In this document: positions 1 to 14,258 of the stretch, in pieces
Position numbering within the stretch: position 1 is the first letter of the stretch
Layout of the letters: every line of letters starts with the position of its first letter
Source: Eledone cirrhosa
Lineage: Eukaryota
DNA: 64,000 nt
Reading direction: 5' to 3'
NCBI GenBank assembly: GCA_964016885.1
Contig: OZ024741.1
Span: 156,984,001-157,048,000 of the forward strand
Position numbers and translations under genes: made by a program
The notes under the pieces: model-generated
Told to the model about the DNA's origin: nothing
Seen by the model: the letters and a program-made list of their open reading frames with translations, nothing else
Database searches by the model: none

Positions 1-1490
1 TGTCATTGTCAGCACGAAAAGCCTACAGTGAACGGATAAGTAGATTAGTTAAGCAAGAGTTGACAGGAGCCATCGTCAACGATACATGGTGGTACTCTCT
101 CAAGAGACCAATTTGAGTAGAATCGATAGGGTTAAGCAGAGAATTAGCTTTAGAGAAAAACAAATCAGAAACAGAACTAGAAGCCAAGGTAGAAAAGGCG
201 CTTAGGAGTGGCAACGCAGCTAGAGTGTTAGCATTGAGAACGGCACTGGACTAGTTCTTCGATGCGAAACACGAAGGCTGCGTGGTCAGAAGTAAATCAC
301 GTGCTCTAGGAAACGAGGGAGCGAAAGTTGTTACCTGGGCCCAAGTGGCAGAAGCGAAAAGTGGCAACAAGTCCACGATTCGGTCTTTGAAAGACCAAAA
401 TGAACGCGTGCTACTTGACCCCAGGCAGATGTGCGCGGCCTTTCAGTGGCACTTTGCGCGACTGTTTGAGCAGAACGACGGTGCACCGAATGGGGAAATG
501 GGCTTTGATTCATACCTCAACGGCCTGCCACGTCTCTCGAGCATGGACGCCGAGTTCTGCGAAAGACCGATCACAGCCACTGAGATACAGGACACTCTGG
601 GCCGCTGCGGGAAACGCAAATCACCTGGTCTAGATGCTCTACCCTATGAGTTTTACATAGGTATGCCGGACTTATTCTCTGGCGCCCTCGAAGCTGTCTA
701 CTACAATTGGCAGCAGAACGGGACAATTCCCAGTTCTGCATGCAAGGGCGTAGTAATGCTGATCAGGAAAGACGAGAACAAGGGGGACGAAATTAACAAC
801 TTCAGGCCCATAACTCTGCTCAACACAGAGTTAAAGATTTTGGCCAAGGTGCTAGCAACGAGGCTGGTGCTTGTCATCGAAAACCTGGTAGGGAAAGCGC
901 AAACATGTGCAAACCCGACCAGGTCCATACACGACAACCTCCACCTCATACGATACATCATAGAGAGTGTAGGGTGTAAACCCGGCTTCGGTGGGGCCCT
1001 GATCAATTTAGATCAGTCTAAGGCATTCGATAGGGTCGACCATCGATACTTGGAAGCGGTTCTCAAGGCAGCCGGTTTTGGTCCCGTTTTCAGAGGCTAG
1101 ATCAAGGCGATGCACACCAGCATCTCCACGAAGTTCAAGGTGAATGGCTACCTATCGGAGCCGTTCGCAATCACGCGTTCCATTCGACAGGGATGCCCTC
1201 TCTCCTCCATTCTGTACGTATTGACTCTAGAGCCACTACTGCGGAAGTTGGAGCTTTTACAGGGCATCCCTTTAGAACCGGGACTGCGAAAAGCGTCATC
1301 GGCTTATGCCGACGACGTGGCGGTAATGGTGTCAAAAACCTCGGAAATCGAGGTAATCAGCAACCTACTACAGGTATACGGAAGGTTCACAGGAGCAAAA
1401 CTGAACCCGGACAAGTCTGTTGGTTTGCAACTCGGAATATGGAGAGGCAAACCGATGCCGTCCAACAGCGTCGTCGGACGCTGGAGGGAA
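1..1490 (+). mobile_element. L1/Tx1-clade non-LTR retrotransposon ORF2 fragment (reverse transcriptase), inactivated
   Basis: ORFs 282-1100 and 1110-1517 give RT motifs KSPGLDALPYEFY, NFRPITLLNTELKILAKVL, LDQSKAFDRVDH, IRQGCPLS, AYADD; in-frame stops near 252 and 1098; GC-richer sequence ends abruptly near 1490. Confidence 0.88.
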
Positions 1491-1711
1491 GGGATGGCAG
1501 CATTACGTAATTCTTAGCACCACAGAAATATGTATTACAGTGGATTATGAAATAAAATGAATCATGAATATCTATATCTAGTCTCTCCATTTTTATCATT
1601 ATATTACATGTACTCCTTCGTGGACCACCACATCAAAATTGGAAGGATACACTTGACATTGAGTGCTTGAACCTAATTATATCATTATTTACCAATTAGA
1701 GTGTTGCAAAA

Positions 1712-1718
<7 letters not shown>

Positions 1719-1753
<35 letters not shown>

Positions 1754-1810
1754 CTCTCTCTCCCTCTCCCTGTCTCCCCTCTCTCTCTCTCTCTCTCCCT
1801 CTCCCTCTCT
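1719..1810. repeat. (TC)n microsatellite
   Basis: Direct reading. Confidence 0.95.
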
Positions 1811-2555
1811 TTATATATATATATGTTCATTGGTGTTGGTGTTAGGAAGGACATCCAGCCATAGAAACCAAGCCAAAACCAGTCTTGTATGAGCAAGTCA
1901 TGATCATTGCACCTGGCTTGTCTCACAACGGGACAACCCATCTAACCCATGGTAGCATGGAAAATGGATGTTAAATGATGAGATGATGATGATGATGATG
2001 ATGATATATATATGTTTAAAACGAAGAAAACCAAGGTTATCAAATTAAATTCATTTTTTTTATATCTATACAGGTGATAACGATACATGCTTATGTAAAC
2101 ATGTCAATCAGAAACAGTTAATTAACAATTATTTACACAAAACACAATACATATAACGCCTGGATGTCATCAGGAATTATTAAAAGGGATTGTATTTAAC
2201 CAAATACATATTTCAAGTGTATACGCAGTATCAAGTGTTGAACATTAGCAAGCACATGAAGAATACAAGTGAAGCAGGGTAGAAGTACAAGGTTGTAGAA
2301 GAATATGTTTTTAGGTTGAAGTAAAAGACAGTACATCTTATTATTAATGACAATGTTATGTCTTATAATTATTAGAGGAATGTTCATTGGTGGTAGTTAA
2401 ACATAGAAAGAAGAGTAAAAAGCGAAAATAGTTCAGAGGCCACAATAGCAATTAGCTGTCACACTAATGGATATGCAATATGTAAGAACATACATATTAT
2501 TATTATTAGTCACATTCCTCGTTCTAATATTACGCAAGATCAGAGGTAGAGGACA

Positions 2556-2725
2556 TAATTGTTTCTACTTTTGGCACAAGGCCAACAAATACTGGTACTT
2601 TATTTTATCAACCCCGTAAGGATGAAAGGCAAAGTTAACCTCGGCGGGATTTGAACTCAGACCGTAAAGGGACGTAACTATGCTAGAAAGCATGGTGTCC
2701 AACCCTCTACCAATACTGCCAATTC
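2556..2725 (-). mobile_element. tRNA-derived SINE family A, internally deleted copy
   Basis: Reverse complement matches copies at 41141-41335 and 46461-46650. Confidence 0.85.
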
Positions 2726-2867
2726 AATAATACTGCTTGGCAACATCAGGCATTCAGAGTTCTGATTTCTCGTGGCAAATTCAAAACCAAGAAGCAGTGT
2801 CTTTAAACCTAGTGGTGTTTTGCGTCGTAAAGTAACCTGTTTGATTTTTGCCATGCATTAGTGTGTG

Positions 2868-4032
2868 TCATCATCATCATCATCATCAACGTTTAACGTC
2901 CGTGTTCCACGCTTGCATGGGTTTGGACGGGGGTAGTCCCACTTGAGGCAAGAGTGATTGTCTTGCTCGCATAGGACTGTCTGGCAGGTTTTCTACAGTT
3001 GGATGCCCTTCCTAACACCAACCACATTTACAGTGTGGGTCTGGGAGGTTTTTACCGTGTTGCCTACACGGCCACATTACAGCGTGGACTGTGTTTTTTT
3101 TGTCGTGACACCTACACGATCTCATTTGTTTCGGCCTCGATGGCGCGGCACCAACATAACTTTATAGAACGGGGTGGTGTGGATGGGGTGGGGGGGGGGG
3201 GGGGGTATTTTGTTAGAGATGCCTACTGGCTGGAGTAGGTTTTACTATATATTTAGGTAAGGCGGGTCTTCTCTGTTACTGAGTACCGCCAAAGGTCTCG
3301 GTCCAGTGACATTGTCTTGGAGAGGTGTAAGTGTGTGATGTCGGAGTTTATCAGCTCGTCCCAGGTTTTTCTAGGTCTGCCTATTCCGTGACTACCGTCT
3401 ATCTTTATTGCCCTGCACTTTGTTATACAGCTATCGACTTTCATGCGCATCACGTGTCCATACCAACGTAGCCTTCTCTCGAGTAAACAACATCTGATCC
3501 CTCTTATCTCTAATTTTTTCCTTAGTTCGTTTATGCTTTGCCGTTCACGTATATTACTGTTACACATCCAGCGGAGCATGCAAGCTTCGTTCCTCTCTAG
3601 TCTGCATATATCCTCTGCACACAATGCCCAGGTCTCACTGCCGTGCAACATTGCTGTTCGTATGCAGGCATCATACAACCTGCCTTTCATTTTTAGGGAG
3701 AACCCTTTAGCAGCTAATAGTGGTATAAGCTCTCTGAACTTTTTCCAACCAGTTCTGACTCTAGCTACTGTACTTTCAGAGCACCCTCCCCCACTGCTGA
3801 TTTTATCGCCCAGGTAACGGAAGCTGTCCACTATTTCTATAGAACCCTCTGCGCAATTGAAAGAGCTAGTAGTTTGTGGGCACTTGCTGCTACTTATTGC
3901 ACCAGAGCACCGGCCACATGTAAAATCTATGTTCTTAGTTAGCTTACCTGTGATCCCACTACATCTTTTATGCACCCATACTTTGCATTTAGGACATAAA
4001 ATGGAGTTTCTACCTATGCCTTTCCTACACAG
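2868..4032 (-). mobile_element. 5'-truncated RTE LINE
   Basis: ORF 3253-3975 is homologous to the C-terminus of ORF 22701-24329 (RRLRWYGHVMRM, GRPRKTW); 3' UTR and (GAT)n tail at 2868-2887. Confidence 0.92.
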
Positions 4033-4459
4033 GCGTAGGTAGTGTGTCTATTTATAATTATGTTACTTAATGAATTAAAGATCACCATGTCATTAGTGGT
4101 GTTGGTTTAGGGAGGTGTTTAACGAACAATTATATTCTTACTGTGGATTACCTAAGTAAAGTGGTGCTTGGATGTGTACATACATATATATTATATCATT
4201 TTTTTAAATTCTTATATGGCCATGTAAATCATTAGATGCATAATGTAATCTGTCCAAGTCCCTAAGTACAAATCTATAAGGATACATGGCCACATAGCAT
4301 TATTGCATTATAGTATATATGTAAATAAATATCGGGAAGCTTGTGTAAAGGACTAATAAGAAAAAAAAACTTAGTTGCTAATAAATTGAGGTCTGTTTGC
4401 TAGGTTTATAGTTAAAACACACCTATATTGTACATACTAATTCATGAAATATGGATCAA

Positions 4460-4504
<45 letters not shown>

Positions 4505-5145
4505 TATTTATGTGTGCAAATATATGTATAAGTGCATACCTACATATGTGGATACATCATGTAGTGAGTGTGCAGATAATTATTCCTAGATTATATAGGA
4601 AGAATGGTGGAGGAGATGGATATAGACTAGGTTTGGGAGTAAGTAAAAATAATTTTGAATTTCAAATGGCCTTTAAGATAGAGTAAATATGGTATTACTG
4701 ATTTACCATTGTGAAGAAGTGTTGTTTAAATTAGATAAGATTCAATGGAAGAGGAAGGCATTTATTATGATAACAATAATTATATTAGAGTGTTTGGGTT
4801 AGAAATGGTTAAAGAAGTGGGGAGATCTAGGGGTTAAAACTATTAAGATTTTAGTTAAATTTTATTACTAAAATGTCAGGCTATTCTGTGGTTAAAGTTT
4901 AGTGAGCAATGTTTAAATTACTTGAGATTCAGTGGAAGGGAGGCATTTATTATGCTAATAATTAATATATGAGAGTGTTTGAGTTAGAAACTGTTTTCTA
5001 ACAAAAGTTATTTCACTCTGACCTGGAAATCTCTGAATTCAACTACAAAATACTTTCAGTTTCAGAAAGCTCTAGAATTGCAGAAGACACCCACAAAACC
5101 AACAAATATAAGTACTTTCACATTTCACTGATTCCTTATAAATAT

Positions 5146-5454
5146 TTAACCCTTTTTGTTGCCATTTATACTAATGAAAGACACTGCTTATGGTTTTCAA
5201 ATAATTTTGAAAATAATCATGAGGAATTTAGTATCTCATTATTTATCTGATGTTTGGAACACAACTTAACAAAGGTTCTTAAGTAAAATTATAATGGAAG
5301 GTTTTAATTTAAATATGAACTCTTTAAATGGGAGATTTTATATTATAAAACCAGAAGCAGTTTCAGTTGGGTTTGTATCATAAGGATTAAAGTACAAGGT
5401 TTTATATCATAAAACCAAGGGAGGATTTCAGATCATTTGGTATCAAAAGAGTTA
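5146..5454. mobile_element. TTAA-flanked MITE-like element (piggyBac-like ends)
   Basis: Begins ttaacccttttt, ends aaaagagttaa; related degenerate copies near 8585-8760, 10540-10722, 38714-38900 and 48176-48438. Confidence 0.55.
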
Positions 5455-5491
5455 ATGTTGGCGACATTTTCTTCAAGCCTTTATCACATAC

Positions 5492-5818
5492 CTTTCTCTT
5501 CTTCCTGTTGTCTTTCTTCTTCCTCTTCTTCTTCAGCTTCTTCTTCGGCTTCTTCCTCTTCTTCTTCCTCCTCTTCCAGCAGTCTATTCCGAAGTTTCTT
5601 TTCTTTGTCCAATTCCTGAAGCATCAATTGGAAATTCAGTGCTGCTTGCTGTTGTCTGTTTTCTTCGGCATTTAATGCTGCCAACTCCGATAACTCTTGT
5701 TGTTTTTTGGCATTTTCAAACCGGGCAAAGTCATTGGCTAGCATCTCCTCCTCTTCATCTTCATTATCAATGTCATCATCTGCATCATCAGCATCCTCTT
5801 CTTCTTCAACATTATCCC
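5492..5818 (-). CDS. Internal coding exon of secreted acidic granin/prohormone-like protein (Glu/Asp-rich, coiled-coil-like)
   Basis: Acceptor tatttttcag at 5821-5819, donor G|gtatgt at 5491; 327 nt, phase 1-1, open: DNVEEEEDADDADDDIDNEDEEEEMLANDFARFENAKKQQELSEL...EEEK; composition and phase match the upstream exons. Confidence 0.8.
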
Positions 5819-5876
5819 CTGAAAAATATAAATAAATAAATAAATAAACTGCCTATCTATCTAATGTTAAGGTTAA

Positions 5877-5937
<61 letters not shown>

Positions 5938-5986
5938 GTATATAGATATATATATATATACACATATGTATATACATATATATATA

Positions 5987-6174
5987 ACGAAAAAAGTGTG
6001 ATAAGGAACCAGATGGACCATAAGGCACCAGAGTACTCAATACTTAGGGTTGTAGAGTGGGTAATAGGAAAATGTTTAACCCCGACAGCAGAGCTCAAGC
6101 CGTTTCGATGGCTATTTCTTAAATAGCCGTCAAAACGGCTTGAGCTCTGCTATCGGGGTTAAACATTTTCCTAT
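5987..6174 (-). mobile_element. TA-embedded fold-back element, family 1 (hairpin 6064-6174 plus tail)
   Basis: About 54-bp inverted arms around ctt at 6118-6120; homologous to 62135-62317 and 19882-20018; (TA)n on both sides. Confidence 0.85.
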
Positions 6175-6429
6175 ATATACATATCTATATATATATATAT
6201 CAAGATTTAACATCCATTTTTTAATATGTTCGAGCACTTTACAGAGTGTACTGGGTGTGTTTTATTATGGCAACAGCACTAGGTTATGTCTTTGACACAA
6301 CAGAAGTATCCTCTCAACCATTTGTTTGGCAAGATTTCTATGGCTGGACTCCCTTCCAAACACCAAACACTTTACAGAGTACATACATACATGCATTAAT
6401 ACACTATATACATAGACCTTTGATGTGAG

Positions 6430-7660
6430 CAGTCACACATATGGCATGGGTGATTATTCATTACATTTAAGATGACTACTTTCTCCGATAGTAATGCCAC
6501 AACTATCAGCCATGTTGAATAATTGAATATTCTTCTAATTATACACACTGAAGATACTTTTTATTTAAAATCATAGATATCCATCTAAATACTAAATTCA
6601 CTTTACGAGGATTTGATACAGGTAGCATGGCTTAACACAACATCAATGTCAACAATACAGAATTTTTTTAGTTGTAGCTATATTTTTCTTGGAGTTACAA
6701 ACTTAGCAATTTATTTATAAAATGACAAAAATAGATTCCTCTGTTGGCTATATGAACAGACTGAAGCTATACTAGGACGAAATACATCCAGAACTAAATC
6801 ACTTTACAAGCAATGTACGTAGAATATAAAAACAACATAAACATTATTCAAAACATTAATGAAATTGTAAAACCTCTACACAGCGATACTGCAATGAACC
6901 CATTGATGAAAAATTACATGCAAAAAATTATGCATGGCTATGTTGCCAGGAAACTCCAGAATGAGAGTAATATAGATAAGGAAAGTAGTCTGTCTTGAAC
7001 CAATAACTACTATATTGGCTCTCACTCTGAAGGATATGCTTTTGCAATCCAAGAACAGGAAATCAATACAAAATACCTGATTCACAAAAGCGCTAGGGAT
7101 GCAGGAAAAACACATAGATGTGACAATATTGAAGATGTCACCTATATCATGGAGATATCTGTCCAAAGATGTCATCACGGAACTATCTACCTATGAGGTA
7201 TGATGTAGTGGCCAAAACAGTATATAATGCAATCCATAGAAAGGATAGTCCCAACAATAAACATATAAAAATTTACAGCAAGGTGGAAGACATATGCACA
7301 CGTAATATAAAAGAATACTGGTGGAATGTTCCAGTCAGATATCCAATAAAATGCAAACACAATAAACAATACATAGTGACAGAGAAATGCACAGTAGTGG
7401 AGGTCAGCTGTCCATCGGATGTTAATATAATGCTAAAGATCAGTGAAAAGGAGAACATTTATACAGAATTATGAGGAATTTGCAGATACTCTACCCTGAC
7501 TACACCTTTAAATGTGTAAATGTGATCATTGAGGCAAATCTTGAGAAACTGGGCTTCATAGAACCAGAAAGTGCACAGCTAGTTAAGAAGTTGCAAATAC
7601 AGTTCATTAATGGAACTGTAAAATTATGTAAAACATTTCAGAAATTCTGCATGTAATAAC
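6430..7660 (+). mobile_element. Degenerate R4/NeSL-like LINE 3' portion with restriction-like endonuclease
   Basis: Broken ORFs MHGYVARK, YLPMRYDVVAKTVY, EYWWNVPV, CTVVEVSCPSDVNI...EKENIYTEL resemble the REL domain region. Confidence 0.7.
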
Positions 7661-9199
7661 AGCATACACACATGTACTGACACAGAAACATACATGCACA
7701 TGCGCACATATAATTCAAAGCATACAGATCCATACATACCAAAATATCCATACCTGCACACAACACACACAATATCCTTACCTGCATACAAACACACACA
7801 CATACATACAGACATACATACGTATTTACCTAGTTGAAGTTGTTTAAATTCCAATGTAAGAATCTTGTGTCTATGTTAGAAAGCAGCTTTCTCTCTATTG
7901 GTGAAAATTTATAAAATAATAAAACCAGAAGAAAAAACAAACATACATACATACACATGCAAACATACACACATACATACAGTCAGTTTGGATATTATTT
8001 CTGCACATCCTTATGACCTGACGCTAAAGCAAATGCTTGAATCAGTTAGCATACAAACTCAGATTCAACTGGAAGATTTCTATTATGATAATCACATCTA
8101 GAACGCTTCATAGATCAATCCTTGATTGATACTTTAATTTATTCCCTCTAGAAGGATGAAAGACAAAAGTTGGGCTGGGTGGGATTTGAATGTATTTTTA
8201 TTTTTGCTAATCCGCTTTTCTTAAAATCATATGTCAGCCAGCTGTGTATCTAATAGATGTTTCAATACTAAACAGCAGTTTAACATATTCCTGACTATAT
8301 TTCTAATAATGTACAGTCTATGTGTTTCAATTGACTTCGGAAATAATTGAAAATTTGTAGTAATATAGTAAAACAACTTTCTCATTATTTATCTAGTGTT
8401 TGGAACATAATATAACAAAGGTTCTTAGAAAAGATTATGTTAAAAAAATGTTCAGATAAATATAAACACTTTAAAACAAACAGTTTTATATCATAGCACC
8501 ATATCTATAATAAAATACATTATTTAATTTGGATGGAATTACTAAAATAACTTGTTTAATATAAGGTTTGTTTTTGTAACATATCACCCCTTTTGTTACC
8601 TTATTTCTAATGAAGGAGACTGCCTGTTATTTTCAAAGAATTTCTCATAATTCAGCTGGTGTTTGGAACATTACTTAGCAAATGTTCTTACATAAAACTA
8701 TGATGGAAAGGATTTTTGATAAATATAGATATTTTAAAATGTTTTGTGACATAGAACCAGGGTTATTCTTTGGCTGCTTAATATTATGTTAAAGTAGCAC
8801 AGAGTTACGCCCCTTTATGGTGTGAGTTCAAATCCCGCCGAGGTTCACTTTGCCTTTCATCCTTACGGGGTCGATAAAATAAAGTACCAGTAATGTACTG
8901 GGGTAATTGCTGGCCTTGTGCCAATAGTAGAAACAATTATGTTAAAGTAGCTGTCACAGCATTTCCAAGTGAAAATTCAACATATTATAGCTAGCAATAT
9001 TAATAACTTTATGATCACAACATCTTGTAATAATTCTAATATTTTTCTCTATTTCTTGTTGCTGATTTGTTGTTGTTTCCATTTTCTCTTAACCCTTTTC
9101 ATACCGTGTCACTAGTATATTCTACATACTGTCTAGCAATATTACAATCATTCTGGAAATGACAACTTGCAATATTATTAAAATTATAGACATTCTCTT

Positions 9200-9955
9200 G
9201 GTATTTTTGTTTGTTGTTGTTGTTGCTGTTGTTGGTGGTGTTACTACTGTTTGTTGTTGCTGTTACTCTTTTTCTTGCTGTTGTTGTTTCCATTTACAAT
9301 TAACTGTTTTCATACCATACGGCAGTGTCTCAATATTGCCAATATCATGTGGAAATGTCGGAGGTGAAAAGCAGCAACATTGTATTTGCGTAAGATATTT
9401 TATTGAGTGTAAAGAAAATAATGACCAACAGTGGCTGGTTGTCATGTTTAGCTGGTTCTCTATGGTACATACACTCAACTGGAGACCAAAAAATATTAAC
9501 TTGTCTTCATTTGATTATGAATATCAATCATCATCATCACTGTTTTATGTCTGTGTTATAAACTGGCATGGGTTGGATGGGTTGTCATGGTCTGAGACAA
9601 AACAGGTCACATGACTGCATCTTGCTCATACGTTTCATTTAGGTATGGGTTCAAATAACTGCAATTCATATTGTTGTGGTGGTTAATGTGGTTGTTGTTT
9701 TTTGGTTGGTGTTGTTTTAGCTGTTGTTGTTCTAGTAGTTGGGGTAATTATTGTAGGTGTTGATATTGTTGTGGTTGTTGTTAGTGAAATGGTTGTTGTG
9801 TTGGTGGTGGTGGTTGTTATTGTGGTTGTGATTGCTGTTATTGTGGTGATGCTTGTTGTTATTTTGGTGGTGGTCATGGGAGTTGTGGTTATTGCTATTG
9901 TTGTAGTTGTTACTGTTGTGGTAGCGGTTACTGTTGTTATTGTTGTTGTTCTTTA
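9200..9955. repeat. Degenerate (GTT/GGT)n low-complexity tracts
   Basis: Direct reading; explains the poly-V/T/N ORFs. Confidence 0.85.
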
Positions 9956-10139
9956 ACTCCAAGCCAAATAGATTGATCAGTACATATGTTCTAGTCAGGA
10001 CCAGCCATCAGAGTGACAATGTTTTCTTACCATCAACTAGACTGTATTACTTAATGGTCGTTTTTTATTTAAGACTGTATGTTGTAATGTTTTTATGTAA
10101 CATACTACCAATTGTTTTAAAATATTTTTTTTAAATAGT

Positions 10140-10540
10140 CAATGCATAAAAAGGTGCAGAGCACTAGAAGTCGATGGAAACTGCGGAGTGGGGAGACCCA
10201 AGATGACCTGGGATGAGGTGATAAAAGCCAACCTTACCCAATTACACCTCTCAAAGGCAATGACACACGACCATGACCTCTGGCGTCACGCAGTAATACA
10301 GAGTACCCGACCTCCCATGGGTACAAGCTGAAGCATATAGACAATATGCCCCCACACCCCCCACCGCAAGGTGGTCGTGGAGGTGCCACGGCAAAAAAAA
10401 GCTGTAGAAATCAAACCAGATCAGTTCCTGTATGAGCAAGGCATGGTCAGCCGACCAGACACTGTCCACAACAGGACAACCCGTCTAACCCATGCTAGCG
10501 TGGAAAAACGGACGTAAAACGATGATGATGATGATGATGA
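10140..10540 (+). mobile_element. RTE LINE 3' end
   Basis: Near-identical to 24140-24633 with an internal deletion in the 3' UTR; (GAT)n tail. Confidence 0.92.
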
Positions 10541-10882
10541 GTCAAGAATTTGGAGGATTTAGTCATATAACTAACTTTCTCATCATTAAGTTTGGTTTTG
10601 GAAAATATTTTAACATAAGTTCTTACACAGAATTACGATGGAAGGGTTTTAGATAAAAAAAAATAAACACTTTAAAACAATTTTATAACATACAACAGTT
10701 TCAGGCAGTTCAAAAGGGTTAATACTGTATGTTCTAATTTGAAGCATTTAATATGATGCTCTCACAACATTGACAATTCACCTCTTCCATATAGATATAC
10801 ATAAATATCAGGGACTGGAGCTGTTTTTAGGTGGTCAGGACTAAGAAAAAGAAGCATGCATGCACACACATACACACACTAG

Positions 10883-10941
<59 letters not shown>

Positions 10942-10942
10942 C

Positions 10943-10985
<43 letters not shown>

Positions 10986-11010
10986 TAGTAGTAGTAGTAG
11001 TAGTAGTAGT
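10883..11010. repeat. (AGT)n microsatellite
   Basis: Direct reading. Confidence 0.97.
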
Positions 11011-11199
11011 TGCAGAGTAATATAATAACTACACAATATGATGCCTGCACCCATCACCCTTCTACAAGTAATTGGTATAGATCAATTGATGTTTTTTTTT
11101 GTAATTGATGTAGGTTAGTGTATGGTTTTAAAAGATGTGTTTTAATTTAATTATGGCTTTTATGGTGTATGTCTGACGGGCAGGGTTGATAGTAAGATT

Positions 11200-12418
11200 A
11201 TGATTTGCATTTGACAGAGTATCTCATTCTGTTATCTGATGGTCTCTAAGAAAATTAGGTATAGAAGAATGGCTTGTGAGAGCTGTCAGTAAAGTAAGAG
11301 TAGGAATTGAGTTCAGTGAGGAATTCAAGGTACAAGTAATTCATCAGGATTCAATTCTCAGCCCACTGCTGTTTATCATAGTTTTCCAGGCCATAAGAAA
11401 TGGGTTTAAGGCTGGCTATCCATGGGAACTTTTCTATGTGAATGATCTGGTCCTTATAACTGAATCCATAAAATAACTAGAAAATAAGTTCTGGCTATGG
11501 AAACAGAATTTGGAATCAAAAGGGACGTGAGTAAATTTAACCAAAACTAAAGTGCTGGTAAGTCGGAAAAAAGATAGGACCCTGATTCATTCAAGGAATC
11601 GGCCCTGCTTAATATGTAGAAACGGAGTGGGCATAAATTCTATTCAATGTACACAATTTATATCTTGAGTACACAAGCATTGTAGTGGGATAACAGGTAG
11701 ACTAAGAGGAAATGATAAGTAAAAGATATACTGGAATAATCAAGGAAAAGAGTGTCAGTGATGTAAACCTTTTCCAATCACAGAAAGGATCCATAGAAGT
11801 GGTTGATAGCTTCTGCTATCTAGATAACCTAATTAGCAGCAGAGGAGCATGCTCTGTGAGCATAACAGCTTGAATAAAGATAGGATGGAAGAAGTTTAGA
11901 GAGCTACTCCCACTGTTGACAACAAATGGTTTCTCCCTACATACAAAAGGATGGCTGTATGATGTTGTGTGCAAAGTGTGATGCTACATGGTAGCAACAC
12001 ATGAGCAGTGACTGCAGAAGACCTGCATAGACTGGATAGAAATGAAGCAACCATACTTTGGTGGATATACAATGTTAATGTGAGTGAAAGGCAGAGCCTG
12101 GATGCACAGAAAGCGAAGCTGAGATTAAGAGGAATCTGAAGTGGTGTTTATGAAGAAGACTGCATTGGTGCAAGCATGTGATGTGCATGGATGATGATCA
12201 CTGGATGAAGAAATACCAGGAAATCCCTGTGGTAGGAAACTGTAGAAGAGCTGACCAAGGAAGACCTGGGCAGTGATGAGAGCTGATCTCAAATCGATGA
12301 AACTCACAGAGGAGATGACAAGTGCAGAGATACTTTGCCAAAAAAGACCTGTTTAGCCCATGCTAGCATGGGAAAATGGATGTTAAACAGTGATGATGGT
12401 GGTGATGATGATGATGAT
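11200..12418 (+). mobile_element. Old degenerate RTE LINE, 5'-truncated
   Basis: HQDSILSPLLFIIVFQAI and PWELFYVNDL remnants; (GAT)n tail. Confidence 0.88.
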
Positions 12419-12782
12419 ATATCATATTAAACTGAATTATCTGAAAGAAAATATGTTTACACTGTACAACACTACTATTATTTCTGTTTTATGGAAAGTT
12501 GGTGGGAGAGGAGTTTAATACATATAAACATTATTCTTCATAAACATACTTAATGTAATATTTATATGTAACTCCAGAAAAAATCAATAGTAATTTTATG
12601 GTGCTTGTTAAACACTGTAACCATTATAGGGTTACTGTCAAATAATCTGTCATATCTCACAGTTTGTTAATCATGAACTGTGAAGGTCACAGCCTAATCG
12701 AATATGGTGGTTAAGTTTGCTAGTGAGAGATGATTGAAGGATGTTATTTAATTTAAAGCTCGGGATGTTATTTAATTTAAAA

Positions 12783-12968
12783 GGCAGGATTGGCAGTATC
12801 GGTAGAGAGTCGGACGCCATGCTTTGACGCATAGTTACGGCCCTTGCCATTCTGACTTCAAATCCCGCCAAGGTTAACTTTGCCTTTCATCCTTACGGGG
12901 TCGATAAAATAAAGTATCAGTAATGCACTGGGTAATTGCTGGCCTTGTGCCAAAAGTAGAAGCAGTTA
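12783..12968 (+). mobile_element. tRNA-derived SINE family A
   Basis: Head ggattggcagtatcggtagag, B-box-like ttcaaatccc, core aactttgcctttcatccttacggggtcgataaaataaagt. Confidence 0.88.
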
Positions 12969-13676
12969 TTTAATTTATAGCTCAACCAATGGCAAGATTT
13001 CTTTCTATAATAATTTGTTGTATGTTATGCTTCATCAGCAAAAACATTAAACCATGCTATTGCATGTTATACTAGCAATTTTATGCCTTGTACACACACA
13101 CACACACATATACATATATGCACACAAATACACACACACACCCACATACACACACACACATTCATACATACATACATACATACATACATACATAAAACCA
13201 GAAGAACATACATACATATATATATATATATGATGAGTATATAATGGCATAGCTGAATCAACTCTTCCAAATCCATAAAGAATATCTTCTATAAATTTCT
13301 GTATCAAAGATGAATTTAGGTGCTTGTCTGGGTTTTAATGAGGTGTAAGATACATGGGATGACAGGAAAAAGGGAAAAGAAGGATAGTTTGGGAACATTT
13401 GTCAAAGATGTATTGTTGATATTGGTTTGGGAGAGGAAGTGTGTGTGTGTGGGGGGGGGGGGGGGGGGGGGGGCTATTTCACATATTCACTTCCCTATAT
13501 GTAAATATAGCTACAGTCCATATATATTACATACAAACACATACACATACACTCCCATATCAACACATAGATACATACATATATATATACACACATACAT
13601 ACACATACACACCCATATCAACACATAGATACATATATATATATATATATACACACATACATACACATACACACCC

Positions 13677-13719
<43 letters not shown>

Positions 13720-14059
13720 TTACATGAAACAAAGTTCTGTTTAAATCATTTATTTGCTTACAATTGTTTCTTCCAAACCAAGGTTTGGATTCTTCGGAGC
13801 AATTATTCGGTGATTTTTAACATACTTGACCTCCTTTTCAACACAAGAGACATATAGAAACATATGTATATATTGACCCACAGTGGGTTGACATCCATTA
13901 TAATAATATAGCATGGTAATTTACATACAAAGATTACAGTCATATTAAAGGACAAAATTAAAGTTAAAATTAAAATTAAAATAAAACATTGGCAGTCTAC
14001 TAAGATAAAGCAAAAGGAAAGTTTGGAGTAGCCAGTGTATGCAACAGTCACACGTGTGG

Positions 14060-14222
14060 CATGCACACCATAATTTGCTTTGGTGTCCTTTAAATATGTA
14101 TAATGAAATAAATATGGTTTTATAAATATAGTTTCCATTTATTAATATATTGTATTTTTACTCCAAAAATTTGTTGAGTGCTTTATATCAGTTATAAAAA
14201 TATTTGCTTAAAACATAACTTC

Positions 14223-14258
<36 letters not shown>

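Noticed and set aside
2060-2180. Minus-strand hammerhead (CTGATGA...aagcatgtatc)
   Set aside because: The GAAA box and stem I are too degenerate; at most a decayed relic.
9099-11057. Poly-V/T/N/S/Y ORFs
   Set aside because: Translations of simple repeats with no splice or compositional support.
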